Shown here piece by piece: positions 9,652-20,632 of a stretch of DNA of 64,000 bases. The notes beneath the pieces were generated by a model, which was not told the DNA's origin, did no database searches, and worked only from the letters and a program-made list of their open reading frames with translations. The position numbers and the translations under genes were made by a program. Source of the stretch: an uncultured Chloroflexia bacterium (GTDB lineage: Bacteria; Chloroflexota; Limnocylindria; Limnocylindrales; CSP1-4); assembly GCA_963748625.1 (NCBI GenBank), contig CAVVJT010000010.1:704001-768000 (forward strand), given 5' to 3'. How positions within the stretch are numbered: position 1 is the first letter of the stretch; each line of letters begins with the position of its first letter.

Positions 9652-10506
9652 ATGAGCCGCCGGCCATTCCTGCTGCTGCTCCCGCTCCTCGCTGCGGCGC
9701 TGGTCGTGGGCGCGTGCGGGCCTACCACGCCGTCGGTGACCGGTGCGCCCACCGCGGTCGCCACGTCCGGACCGATCTCCCCGGCACCGGGCGGCCCCGC
9801 AGAAATCCAGGTCTATGCCGCAGCCTCGCTCGAGCACGTCCTCGTCGAGCTCGCCCGGGCGTACGAGGGCGGCCACCCGGGCACGACCCTCGCCGTCATC
9901 TCGGGCTCGTCGGCGGCCCTCGCGGGCAGCATCGAGGAGGGGGCGCCCGCCGACATTCTCCTCTCGGCCGACACCGCGATCCCCCAGCGGCTCGCGGACG
10001 CAGGGCGGACCACCGGCGACGTGACGATCTTCGCGGGCAACGAGCTCGCGCTCATCGTGCCCGCGGGCAACCCGGCCATGGTCCTGGCGCCCGGCGACAT
10101 GGCCAACACCGACGTGAAGGTCGTCGCCGCGGCGGAGGATGCGCCGATCACCGCCTACACGAGGCAGCTGTTCGACCAGCTCGCCGGGCTCGAGACCTAT
10201 CCGGACGACATCGCCGCCCGCTACGAGTCGAACGTGGTCTCGCGGGAGGACGACGTGCGCGGCATCGTGGCCAGGGTCGCGGCGGACGAGGGCGACGCCG
10301 GCATCGTCTACCTGACCGACGCCAAGGCGTCCAAGGACACCCAGACCATTGCCATCCCGAGCGAGTTCAACGTCGCCGCGAGCTACGGCGCGGTGGCGCT
10401 GAAGGGGTCTGCCAACGACGAGGCCGCGGCGGGATTCCTTGCCTGGCTCACCAGCACCGAGGCGCAGGACATCCTGGCCTCGTTCGGGTTCCGGCCGGTC
10501 GCCTGA
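9652..10506 (+). CDS. modA: Molybdate ABC transporter substrate-binding lipoprotein
   Basis: Lipobox VGAC, VYAAASL, GSSAALAGSIEEGAPADI, DAGIVYLTDA. Confidence 0.88.
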   Translation: MSRRPFLLLLPLLAAALVVGACGPTTPSVTGAPTAVATSGPISPAPGGPAEIQVYAAASLEHVLVELARAYEGGHPGTTLAVISGSSAALAGSIEEGAPADILLSADTAIPQRLADAGRTTGDVTIFAGNELALIVPAGNPAMVLAPGDMANTDVKVVAAAEDAPITAYTRQLFDQLAGLETYPDDIAARYESNVVSREDDVRGIVARVAADEGDAGIVYLTDAKASKDTQTIAIPSEFNVAASYGAVALKGSANDEAAAGFLAWLTSTEAQDILASFGFRPVA

Positions 10507-10605
10507 ACGGGGCAGCGGCCCGCGACTGCTCCGGACCGCGGGGCCGGTCCGCCGAGTAGCCTGGCGAAGCACGCTGACCGTGCCAACGGTCGGACGCCGC
10601 GCAGG

Positions 10606-10634
10606 TTGACGCGCGGGAGCAGGGCCGGTACCGT
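10606..10634 (+). promoter_or_regulatory. Sigma70-type promoter of aro operon
   Basis: TTGACG-N17-TACCGT. Confidence 0.7.
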
Positions 10635-10644
10635 CGGAAGCAGG

Positions 10645-10680
10645 ATGTGCGCCATCTATCGCTTTACCTGCCCGGCATGA
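10645..10680 (+). CDS. Candidate attenuator leader peptide MCAIYRFTCPA
   Basis: ATG..TAT CGC TTT..TGA between promoter and terminator upstream of aroF. Confidence 0.45.
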   Translation: MCAIYRFTCPA

Positions 10681-10727
10681 CCGCTCGAGGGGCCTAGCCC
10701 CCTCCGGACGGCGGGTCGTGCCGGGTG

Positions 10728-10755
10728 AGCAGAGGTCCAGGACCTCTGCTTTTTT
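10728..10755 (+). terminator. Intrinsic terminator in aroF 5' leader
   Basis: AGCAGAGGTC-CAG-GACCTCTGCT plus T-run, 69 nt before aroF. Confidence 0.85.
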
Positions 10756-10823
10756 GTTCTCCGACGATGCGGCGGCGCGGGATCGCGCCCACCCACCTGC
10801 AGGGCAAGGGACCAGAGAGCCAG

Positions 10824-11885
10824 ATGTTCGTGGTGATGCGGACCGGGGCCAGCGAGGCCGAGGTCAACGGCGTGAAGGGGCTGATCCTCTCGGAGGGTCT
10901 CACCCCATTCGAGAACGCCGGCGCGGACCGGACGGTCATCGCGGTCGTCGGCGAGATCGGGCGGCGGCGCGACGCCCTTCGTTCACGGCTGGAGGGAACG
11001 CCCGGCGTCGCCACCGTGACGGCGATCACCAAGCCCTACAAGCTGGTCTCGCGGGAGTTCCACCCGGAGAACACGGTGATCCGGGTGCTCGACGCGGCTG
11101 TCGGTGACGGGTCGCTCACCGTGATGGCCGGCCCCTGCTCGGTGGAGAACCGCGACCAGCTCTTCGAGACCGTGGACTTCGTCGCCGCCCACGGCGCCAC
11201 GATCATCCGCGGTGGGGCCTTCAAGCCCCGGACCAGCCCGTACAGCTTCCAGGGCCTGGGCGTCGAGGGCCTGCGCTACCTCGCGGAGGCACGGGCCAGG
11301 ACCGGCCTGCCCGTGGTCACCGAGGTCATGGAGCCGTCCCAGGTGGACATCGTCGCCGAGTACAGCGACATCCTCCAGATCGGCACCCGGAACATGCAGA
11401 ACTTCTCGCTGCTGCTCGCGTGCGGGCGCGCGGGACGGCCCGTGATGCTCAAGCGCGGCTTCGGCAACACGATCGAGGAGTGGCTGATGGCCGCGGAGTA
11501 CATCGCGTCCGCCGGCAACAGCCAGATCATCCTGTGCGAGCGCGGCATCCGGACCTTCGACAACGCCACCCGCAACACGCTGGACCTGACGGCGGTGCCG
11601 CTGATGCACCACCTGACCCACCTGCCGGTCGTGATCGACCCGTCGCACGCCACCGGGAAGCGCTGGCTGGTCAAGCCGCTTGCGATCGCCGGGGTCGCGG
11701 TGGGTGCCGACGGCATCATGGTGGAGGTCCATCCCCGGCCGGACGAGGCGCTCTCGGACGCCGAGCAGCAGCTGGACTTCCCGATGTACGCCTCGATGAT
11801 GACGGCGATCACCGCCGTCCACGGGCACGTGGCGGACCTCCACGGCGACCATCTGCACCCCGCGGCCTCCGGCGGCCAGGGCTAG
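10824..11885 (+). CDS. aroF: DAHP synthase type I-beta with N-terminal regulatory domain
   Basis: AGPCSVE, RGGAFKPRTSPYSFQG, LCERGIRTF, DPSHATG. Confidence 0.95.
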   Translation: MFVVMRTGASEAEVNGVKGLILSEGLTPFENAGADRTVIAVVGEIGRRRDALRSRLEGTPGVATVTAITKPYKLVSREFHPENTVIRVLDAAVGDGSLTVMAGPCSVENRDQLFETVDFVAAHGATIIRGGAFKPRTSPYSFQGLGVEGLRYLAEARARTGLPVVTEVMEPSQVDIVAEYSDILQIGTRNMQNFSLLLACGRAGRPVMLKRGFGNTIEEWLMAAEYIASAGNSQIILCERGIRTFDNATRNTLDLTAVPLMHHLTHLPVVIDPSHATGKRWLVKPLAIAGVAVGADGIMVEVHPRPDEALSDAEQQLDFPMYASMMTAITAVHGHVADLHGDHLHPAASGGQG

Positions 11886-11899
11886 GCGCAGGCCGCGCC

Positions 11900-13255
11900 A
11901 TGGTGACCCCGGCGGGCATCCCCGCTGACGATGCGCTGGTCGTGCGCCCTGTGGCGCGCCTCCGCGGCCATCCGGCGCTGCCCGGCGACAAGAGCATCTC
12001 GCACCGGGCGCTGCTGCTCGCGCTGCTCGCGACCGGCGAGAGCCGGATCTCGGCGTCCGGCGACGGCGGTGACGTGCGCTCCACCGCCGGTGTCGTGCGC
12101 GCGCTGGGCGCCGTCGTGGAGCGGGTCGCGGAGCACGGCGGCCGCGTGGACTACCGGATCGTCTCTCCGGGCGGCGACGCCCTCGCCGAGCCCGAACAGA
12201 TCCTCGACTGCGGCAACTCGGGCACCACGACCCGCCTGGTCGCAGGCCTGCTCGCGGGCCGAGGGCTGTTCACCGTCCTCGACGGAGACGCGTCGCTGCG
12301 ACGGCGTCCGATGGGTCGCGTGGTGGAGCCGCTGCGCGCGATGGGTGCACTGATCACCGGCCGTCGGGACGACACGCTCCTGCCGCTCGCGATCCGGGGC
12401 CGCGCCCACCTGGCGCCGCTTGCCTACCGGACGCCCGTTCCCTCCGCGCAGGTGAAGTCCGCGATCCTGCTGGCCGGGCTTGCGGCCGATGGCGAGACGG
12501 TCGTGACCGAGGGGGTTGCCACGCGCGACCACACCGAGCGGATGCTGCGGGCACGGGGCATCGCGGTGCGCGAGGAGCTGGCTGCGGACGGCGCCCACAC
12601 GGTGCGCCTCACCGGACCGGCGGCGCCCGCCGCGATCGACGAGACCGTCCCCTCGGACCCGTCCGGCGCCGCCTTCTGGCTGGTCGCGGGCGCTGCCCAC
12701 CCCGACGCCGAGCTCTACCTCGATGGGGTGAGCACGAACCCGACCCGGCGTGCCATCATCGACATCCTCAGGCGCATGGGCGCCGACATCGAGGAGCAGG
12801 ACCGGCCGGCCCCGGGTGGACCGGACGGCGAGCCCCTCGCGGACCTCGTGGTGCGCTCCAGCAGCCTCCGGGGCATCGACCTGTCGCCCGTGGACGTCGC
12901 GTCCGCGATCGACGAGATCCCCGTGCTCTGCCTGGCCGCGGCCGCCGCAACCGGGACCACGCGGATCCGCGGCGTGGGCGAGCTCCGGCACAAGGAATCG
13001 GACCGGGTCGCGGGGATCGCGAACGGTCTGGCAGCGCTCGGTGCGGACATCCGCGTCGAGGGCGATGACATCGTGGTCCAGGGTGGCCGCCGCCTCACCG
13101 GGGCGGTCACGGAAACGCTTGACGATCACCGGCTGGCGATGACCTTCGCCGTGGCCGGCCTCATCGCCGAGGGCGAGACCGTCGTGCTCCGACCAGGGTC
13201 GGCGGCGATCTCGTACCCCGGCTTCTACCACGAACTCGAAGGGGTGCGAGCATGA
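11900..13255 (+). CDS. aroA: EPSP synthase
   Basis: PGDKSISHR, DCGNSGTT, SAQVKSA, KESDR, DHRLAM. Confidence 0.96.
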   Translation: MVTPAGIPADDALVVRPVARLRGHPALPGDKSISHRALLLALLATGESRISASGDGGDVRSTAGVVRALGAVVERVAEHGGRVDYRIVSPGGDALAEPEQILDCGNSGTTTRLVAGLLAGRGLFTVLDGDASLRRRPMGRVVEPLRAMGALITGRRDDTLLPLAIRGRAHLAPLAYRTPVPSAQVKSAILLAGLAADGETVVTEGVATRDHTERMLRARGIAVREELAADGAHTVRLTGPAAPAAIDETVPSDPSGAAFWLVAGAAHPDAELYLDGVSTNPTRRAIIDILRRMGADIEEQDRPAPGGPDGEPLADLVVRSSSLRGIDLSPVDVASAIDEIPVLCLAAAAATGTTRIRGVGELRHKESDRVAGIANGLAALGADIRVEGDDIVVQGGRRLTGAVTETLDDHRLAMTFAVAGLIAEGETVVLRPGSAAISYPGFYHELEGVRA

Positions 13256-14178
13256 CGAAGCGCGTCGTCCTCATCGGCCATCCGGTGGCCCACTCGCTGT
13301 CCGGCGCGATGCAGCAGGCCGGATTCGACAAGCTCGGCATCGACGCGCGCTACGAGCTCTGGGACAAGTCCCCCGCAGAGCTCGCCGAGGCGATCGCCGC
13401 GCTGCGCACCGAGGAGTTCCTGGGCGCCAACGTGACGATCCCCCACAAGGAGCGGGTCGTCCCCCTGATCGACCGGCTGACGGAGGAGGCCCACGCCACC
13501 GGTGCGGTCAACGCGATCACCAAGGAGGGCAAGAAGCTCGTCGGGCACAACACCGACGTGCCGGGCTTCAAGGTCGCCCTCGACAAGCTGGTGGGCAAGC
13601 AGAAGATGCCGCGCCACGCGGTGGTCCTCGGCGCCGGAGGGGGCGCTCGGGCCGTGGTCTACGGCCTGATCCGCGAGGGCTTCCAGCGCGTGATCGTGTT
13701 CAACCGCCATCTGCACCGCGGCGAGTCGATGGTCAAGCACTTCGCGAAGAGCTCGTCCCACATGGACCTGCGCGCGATGCCCTGGCACGAGTCGATCATC
13801 GAGGCAGAGCTGTCCAAGGCGAAGATCCTGGTCAACGCCACGTCCATCGGCCTGACCACCGACGAGTCGCCGATCCCGGGCGAGATCCTGACGCCCGACC
13901 TGCTCGTGCTGGACCTGATCTACAGCCAGACCCGGCTGCTGCGCGACGCCCAGAAGGCCGGCTGCACCACGGCCGACGGCGGCCAGATGCTGCTCCACCA
14001 GGGCGCAGCGGCGTTCTCCCTGTGGACGGGCCAGCCGGCCCCGCTCGAGGACATGCAGGCGGCTCTCGAGGATGCACGGGCCCATGGCGTCCGCTCGGCC
14101 GAGGGGGAGCCCGCGGGCGAGGCGGCCGAGACCACCGGGAACACCGCAGGCGAAGCGGCCGACGCCGCCGCCGTCTGA
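13252..14178 (+). CDS. aroE: Shikimate dehydrogenase
   Basis: GHPVAHSLS, NVTIPHK, GHNTD, LGAGGGARA. Confidence 0.95.
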   Translation: MTKRVVLIGHPVAHSLSGAMQQAGFDKLGIDARYELWDKSPAELAEAIAALRTEEFLGANVTIPHKERVVPLIDRLTEEAHATGAVNAITKEGKKLVGHNTDVPGFKVALDKLVGKQKMPRHAVVLGAGGGARAVVYGLIREGFQRVIVFNRHLHRGESMVKHFAKSSSHMDLRAMPWHESIIEAELSKAKILVNATSIGLTTDESPIPGEILTPDLLVLDLIYSQTRLLRDAQKAGCTTADGGQMLLHQGAAAFSLWTGQPAPLEDMQAALEDARAHGVRSAEGEPAGEAAETTGNTAGEAADAAAV

Positions 14179-14201
14179 CGGACGCGACGGGCGCAACGGG
14201 C

Positions 14202-15510
14202 ATGGAGCGGTTCCGGTTCATCACCGCGGGCGAGAGCCACGGGCCCATGCTGGGCGCCGTGATCGAGGGCGTGCCTGCCGGGCTCGCCCTGACCGAGGAC
14301 GACCTCGCGGTGGACCTGGGCCGCCGCCAGCGGGGGTATGGCCGGGGCGCCCGCCAGGCCATCGAGCAGGACCGAGCCAGGATCCTGTCCGGCGTCCGCC
14401 ACGGCTACACCATGGGCTCGCCGATCCTGCTCGAGATGGACAACCGGGATTGGGCGAACTGGACGAAGGTGATGCAGGTCGGGCCGCTCACCGCTGCCGA
14501 AGCGGCCGAGCTCGCGGCACTCGCCGCCGAGGGCAACAAGCGCGCGAAGCCCATCACGGCGGTCCGGCCCGGCCACGCGGACCTCGCGGGCTCGCTCAAG
14601 TACGGCTTCAACGACGTGCGCAACGCGCTCGAACGCTCCTCGGCCCGTGAGACGACCGCGCGGGTCGCGGCGGGTGGCGTCGCACGCGCCTTCCTGCGGA
14701 CCCTGGGCATCGAGGTCTGGTCGTTCACCGCGGAGGTTGGCGGCGTGGCGGTGGACCCGGCGCGCTGCACGCGGACCCGCGAGGAGGCCGAGGCGTCGCC
14801 GTTGCGCTGCCCTGACCCCGACGCCGAGACGGCGATGGTCGCCCGCATCGACGAGGCGCGCAGCAACGGGGACACGGTCGGGGGCGTGTTCGAGGTGGTC
14901 GTCCACGGCGCACCGATCGGCCTCGGGAGCTACACGCACTGGGACCGGCGCCTGGATGCCGCGCTCGCAGCGGCGGTGATGAGCATCCAGATCGTCAAGG
15001 GCGTCGAGATCGGCCTCGGCTTCGAGCAGACCCGCCGCTTCGGCTCGCAGGTCCACGATGTCATCGAGGGCCGCCGCGACGACGGCACCTGGGTCCATCG
15101 CAGCAACAACGCCGGCGGCCTCACCGGTGGCATGACCAACGGCGAGCCGATCGTGATCCGGGGCGCCGTCAAGCCCATCTCCACGCTCGCCCGACCGCTG
15201 CCCACCGCCGACCTGATCACCGGCACGGAGGTCGAGAAGGCGCACTACGAGCGGTCTGACATCTCCGTGGTTCCGGCCGCGGGCGTCATCGGCGAGGCCA
15301 TGGTCATGCTGACCCTGGCGCAGTTCGTGCTGGAGAAGACCGGCGGCGACTCCATGGCCGAGGTCCTCGACAACCTGCGCCGCTACCGCGAGCGCATCGC
15401 GCAATCCCCCGCCGCCCCTGCACCCGGCGCCCGCGACGGCGGCCACATCGCCCCCGGCGGGCTGGATCACCCAACCGCGGTCCGACGACGCCCCCGGCGG
15501 GGCCGGCTGA
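14202..15510 (+). CDS. aroC: Chorismate synthase (probable true stop 15510; as assembled reads to 15671)
   Basis: TAGESHG, RPGHAD, ERSSARET, GGMTNGEP; alternate frame gives SDDAPGGAG* 6 nt before aroK. Confidence 0.93.
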
Positions 15511-15516
15511 CCGGCC

Positions 15517-17176
15517 GTGGACCTGGTCCTCGTCGGCCTGCCCGGCGCCGGCAAGTCCGCCGTCGGGCGCCGCATCGCCAATCGCCACGGCGCCTTGTTC
15601 TTCGACCTCGACGAGCAGATCGAGAAGGCGGCCGGGCGCACGATCCCCGAGATCTTCGAGGAGGAGGGTGAGGCCGGGTTCCGCCGCCTGGAGCGCGAGG
15701 CGGTGCTCGCCCTTGGCGACCCCGATCCCGGACGAGCGATCCGGCGGGTGATCTCGCCCGGCGGCGGCGCCATCGTGGACCCGCGCAACCGCTGGCACCT
15801 GTACCGCGGCCGGCTCCCAGTGTGGCTCGACGTCCGCCCGGAGGTGCTCGCCCAGCGCCTGCGCCGCTCCCCCACCGTGCGCCCGCTCGTCCAGGGTGGC
15901 GACCCGCTGGGCCGTATCCGCCAGCTCGCCGCAGCGCGGGAGCGCTTCTACGGCGCGGCCCACCGGGTCAACGGCATCACGGAGGTCGGCGGCGTCGTGG
16001 ACGCCGTCGAGCGGCTCGCGCGCGACTGGTCACGCGGCGGCCCGACCACCCTCCTGCGGGCGTCGACCTCCATCGGCGACATCGTGATCGGCGAGGGCAT
16101 CGCAGCCCGGGCCGTGGGCGACGCGCTGCGGGCGGCGAAGGCCCGGCGGGCGATCCTGGTGACGGAGCCGCGGGCACGCGAGGCCTTCGGCGAGGGCCTG
16201 GCCGCGTCACTGGCGGCGGACGGCTGGCCGGTCGAGTGGCTGATGCTCCCCGAGGGCGAGGACGCCAAGCGCTTCGAGGTGATCGGGGAGTCAGCGCGGG
16301 AGCTGGCCCGACGGCGCGTGGAGCGCGGCGAGCCGCTCGTCGCCGATCGGCGGCGGGGCGCTGGGCGATCCGGCGGGGTTCCTGGCGGCCGCCTACCTGC
16401 GAGGCGTGCCGTGGATCCAGGTCCCCACGACGCTGGTCGCCCAGGTGGACAGCTCCATCGGGGGCAAGACCGGCGTGGACCTGCCCGAGGGCAAGAACCT
16501 GCTGGGCGCGTTCCACCACCCCTCGGCGATCATCCTGGACGTCGCCGCCCTGCGCACCTTGCCGGAGCGCCAGCTGCGGGCTGCCCTGGGTGAGATCGTG
16601 AAGATGGCAGCCCTTGGCGACGAGGCGCTGTTCACGACGCTCGAGGCCGACGGGGAGGCCGTGGCGGCCGGCGAGCGGCGCGCGTTCGAGAGCGCCTACG
16701 AGCGGGGCGTCGTGGCCGAGATCGTGGAGCGAGCCGGCTGGGCGAAGGTGACGGTGGTCGCCGCTGACGAGAAGGAGCAGGGCGGGGCGACCGGGCGTAT
16801 CGCGTTGAACCTGGGCCACACCGTGGCGCACGCGATCGAGGCCGTGGACGGGTACGAGACGCTCATGCACGGCGAGGCGGTCGCGTACGGGCTGCGCGCC
16901 GCATGCCGGATCGGGGTGGCCGTCGGGGTGACGCCGCCGGAGCGGGCCGCGCGCGTGGAGCGGCTGCTGGACCGCCTCACCCTGGGCGCCGCTCCCCTCC
17001 CCTATGCCGTCGAAGCTGTCCTCGCCGCGACCGGGACCGACAAGAAGCGCTCGAGCGGGCGCCAGCGCTGGGTGCTGCCCACCGCCGACGGCTTTCTCGT
17101 GCGGGACGACGTGGACGAGACCCCGATCGAGACGGCGGTGCGCTCCGTGCTGGCCGGATCGGGGGCAGCGGCATGA
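15517..17176 (+). CDS. aroKB: Shikimate kinase / 3-dehydroquinate synthase fusion; +1 frameshift near 16343
   Basis: GLPGAGKS, GEAGFR, then VA(+1)IGGGALGD, PTTLVAQVDSSIGGKTG, LNLGHT, HGEAV. Confidence 0.9.
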
Positions 17177-17493
17177 GCGACGACATGACGCCCGACACGC
17201 GCACCGACGATGACCTGGCCGAGGTCCGCGCCCGGATCGACGAGCTCGACCGGCAGATCGTCGGGCTGCTCAACGCGCGCGCGTCCCTCGGCCGCGCGGC
17301 CGGCCACGCGAAGGTCGCGGCGGGTCGCGAGGACGTTCTCGACGCCGAACGGGAGCGCGAGGTGCTGCTGCGCGTGGCCATGGCCAACCAGGGCCCCATC
17401 CCCCAAGCCGACCTGCTGGGCCTGTACCACCAGATCATGGCCATCACGCGCGACCTGGAGCATCGCGACCGCGAGGGGCACCTCGAGGAATGA
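17173..17493 (+). CDS. Chorismate mutase (AroQ class)
   Basis: LAEVRARIDELDRQIVGLLNAR, DAERE. Confidence 0.88.
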   Translation: MSDDMTPDTRTDDDLAEVRARIDELDRQIVGLLNARASLGRAAGHAKVAAGREDVLDAEREREVLLRVAMANQGPIPQADLLGLYHQIMAITRDLEHRDREGHLEE

Positions 17494-18481
17494 CGGACGA
17501 TCCGTCCCTCGACAGCGGCGGCCAGCTGTTCGTCCCGGCTGTCACGGGCGCCGCTCGACCCGATCCGCGGATCCTGCCGCCCTCGCCTGTCACGCGGTTC
17601 GCGCCTGCGCCGACCGGCCACCTGCACCTGGGCCACCTCGTGAACGCGATCTACGTCTGGGGCGTCGCGGCTGCGACCGCCGGCACGGTCGTCCTGCGCA
17701 TCGAGGACCACGACCGGCAGCGCTCGCGCCCCGAGTACGAGATGGACCTGCTCGAGGATCTCGAGCGGCTGGGGCTCACCAGCTCCTCCCCCACGCCGCG
17801 CGAGCTCTCGCTTGCGGTCTCGGACTTCCGGCAGTCGGACTGCGCTCCCGTCTATGCGGCGGCCCTGGGTCGACTGCGTGCCGACGGCCTCGTGTACGCC
17901 TGCGCCTGCACCCGGTCGACCTTCGCCGCGTACGAGGCCGAGCGGGGCCGGCCGTGGCGCGGCATCGGCTGCCCGGGTGACTGTCGGGCGCTGGAGCTCC
18001 CCGAGGATGGCGCCGTGGGCCTGCGAGTGGCGGTGGGGGCGGGCTCCGAGCGATGGGTGGACCTCCTGGCGGGCCCGGTGTCGGACGAGCCCGCGGTGGC
18101 CGGCGACCCGCTCGTCCGCGACCGGGTGGGCAACTGGACGTACGCGTTCTGCGTGGTGGTGGACGACATGCGCCACGGAGTCTCGCTCGTCATCCGCGGG
18201 CCGCGACCTGCTCGACGCCACGCCGCGTGCAGCTGCGCCTCGCCCGCCTCCTCGGCCGAGCGGACTCGCCGCACTTCCTGCACCATCCTCTCGTGCGACG
18301 GATCAGCGGGCAGAAGCTCTCGAAAGCCGAGCGGGACACCTCGGTCCGCTCGATGCTCGACGATGGCAGGACGCCCGCCGAGCTGTTCGGGCAGGCGGCG
18401 CGACTCGCCGGCCTGCGGGACACGGACGCGCCGCTCGAAGTGGCGGCGTTGGGCTCATTGTTCCGAGGACCGGCAGCATGA
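17490..18481 (+). CDS. gluQ: Glutamyl-Q tRNA(Asp) synthetase-like protein; two +1 indels near 18200 and 18226
   Basis: TRFAPAPTGHLHLGH, LRIEDHD, YACACTR, VIRG-RDL, KLSK; no anticodon-binding domain. Confidence 0.75.
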
Positions 18482-18966
18482 CCGGGCCGATGGCCAGCGG
18501 GCGGCCGCTGCTGCTCCTCGACGTCGATGGCGTGCTGCTCGTCTGGCGCGGGTCGGCGTGGGACGACGATGGATCCGGTGAAGGCGACGTCGAGTTCCAC
18601 CCCGATGTTGCCGGATGGCTTGCGGACCTGGGCCGCGCGTTCGATCTCGCGTGGGCCACGACCTGGGAGGACCAGGCGAACCGCGAGATCGGACCCGCGC
18701 TGGGGCTGCCGCACCTCCCGTTCGTGGCGTTCGAGATGGACTACCGGGCCCGGACGCCGAAGCTCCGGAGCCTTGCGGCGTGGGTGGGCGACCGCCCGTG
18801 CGCCTGGATCGACGACGACCTCCACGCCGATGCGGAGACGTGGGCCGCCGGGCGGGCCGCGCCGACGCTCCTCGTGCACGTCGATGCCGCCGAGGGCATC
18901 GCCCGCCGCCACGTGGACGAGCTGCTGGACTGGGCTGCGACCCTGCGCGGAGAGGCACTGCGGTGA
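18478..18966 (+). CDS. HAD-superfamily (HAD_SAK-like) protein
   Basis: LLLDVDGVL, WATTW, WIDDD. Confidence 0.8.
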   Translation: MTGPMASGRPLLLLDVDGVLLVWRGSAWDDDGSGEGDVEFHPDVAGWLADLGRAFDLAWATTWEDQANREIGPALGLPHLPFVAFEMDYRARTPKLRSLAAWVGDRPCAWIDDDLHADAETWAAGRAAPTLLVHVDAAEGIARRHVDELLDWAATLRGEALR

Positions 18967-19193
18967 CGCGCGGCTGGCGGATCACGGCGGTCCTCGCCGC
19001 GGTAGCGGTGTTCGTCGCTGTGCTCGTCGATCCCGCGCCGGACCCGGTGCCGCTCCTGGGCGACGTGCCGGGCGTCGTGCTCGCAGTCGGGTGGGCGGCC
19101 CTCGCGTTCGGCTGGGTGTGGATGCTCTCGGGCGTCGCGCGCGGCTTCTGCTGGCTCCGGGGCGAGGCGGCCTGCCGGCTTCCGCGGGAGTAG
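18963..19193 (+). CDS. Small two-TM membrane protein
   Basis: GTGA overlap with upstream stop; two hydrophobic segments. Confidence 0.5.
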   Translation: MTRGWRITAVLAAVAVFVAVLVDPAPDPVPLLGDVPGVVLAVGWAALAFGWVWMLSGVARGFCWLRGEAACRLPRE

Positions 19194-19229
19194 CACCGGC
19201 ACACTGCAGTCACACGTCGATGCGAGACG

Positions 19230-20623
19230 TCAGAGAGGCGGGCGTGCCCAACCGCCGGAGGCGGCCTCGACCACGGCCGCGCCGGCCAGCGCCACGTGCT
19301 CCTGCCATGGGCCCGCAACCACCTGCACGCCGATGGGGAGCCCGCCGGGTGCCGTCCCGCCGCGCACCACCACCGACGGCCAACCGGTGATGTTGTGGAC
19401 ATCGCTGTAGCCGTCACCGAAGGCGGGATCGATCCCCTCGCCGTGGAGGACGGCGGGCAGCGGGAGGGCCGGGCAGACGATGAGGTCGGTCCGGGTGACG
19501 TGAGCCAGCGCAGCATCCGGGCACGCAGGTCGTCAACGTGGTCCAGCAGCGCGGACAGCTCCTCGCCGGGCAGGGCGTGGCCGTGCGTGAACCACGGGCG
19601 CGACTCGTAGGAGCCCATGCCGGGCGTGCCCGCGGCGTTGATGAGCCGGCGCAGCCAGGCGTAGCCGTCGGCCCCGACGAGGGCGTCGTAGACCTCGGCC
19701 ACTGCCGGCAGGTCGGGCGGCATGCGGCGTTCGACCACAGCGCCAGCTGCGGCCAGCGCAAGCCCCGCGGCCTCGACGGCAGCCTGGGTCTCGGGTGTCG
19801 GCGTGCGGACGCCGTTGTCGGCGAAGAGCGCGACGCGAAGGCCGTCGATACGCACGGCATCGGGGTCCCCCAGCGGCGTCGGTGCCACGTGCGGGTCGCG
19901 CCCGTCGGGCCCTGCGATCACGGGCAGCACGAGTGCCAGGTCTGCCACCGTGCGCGCCATCGGCCCGAGCTGGGTGAGGCTGTCGAGCAAGCCCCCCGGG
20001 CCGGGCCAGTGGCCCGTCCGCGGCACGCGGCCACTGGTGGGCTTGATGCCCGCGATCCCGCAGACGTGCGCGGGCTGGCGGATGGAGTCGCCCGTGTCGG
20101 ACCCGATGTCGAAGAACGAGCAGCCGGCGGCCACAGCGGCGGCGGGCCCGCCCGATGAGCCGCCCGGCGAGCGGGCCAGGTCGTACGGGTTGGAGGTCCG
20201 GCCGTAGACGTCGTTGTCGGTCTCGTTGGACCAGGTGAACTCGGGCGTATTGGTCTTGCCCAGGAGGATTCCGCCGGCGGCGCGCAGCCGGGCGGCAACC
20301 GTCGCGTCACGGGGTGGCACACGGTGGCGCCAGCCCACGGAGCCCGCGGTGGTGGTGACGCCGGCGGTGTCGAGCGAATCCTTGAGGGTGAACGGGACGC
20401 CGTGGAGTGGGCCGAGGCGCTCGCCGCGCGCGAGGGCGGCATCCGCCTCCAGGGCATGCTCGAGGGCGTCGGGAGCAAGCGCGACGACGGCGTTGATGCG
20501 GGGGTTGACATCCTCGATCCGGGCGAGGCACGCGCGGACGGCTCTCTCCGACGACGTCTCGCCGCCCGCAATCAGCGCGGCGACGTCGGTGGTGCTCCGG
20601 AAGACGAGGTCCACGTCATGCAC
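19230..20623 (-). CDS. Amidase-signature family amidase; frameshift near 19492
   Basis: GVPFTLKD, GKTNTPEF, GGSSGG, GSDTGDSIR; C-terminus DLIVCP...GLPIGVQVV ends TGA 19230 in another frame. Confidence 0.88.
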
Positions 20624-20632
20624 CCGCGCAGT

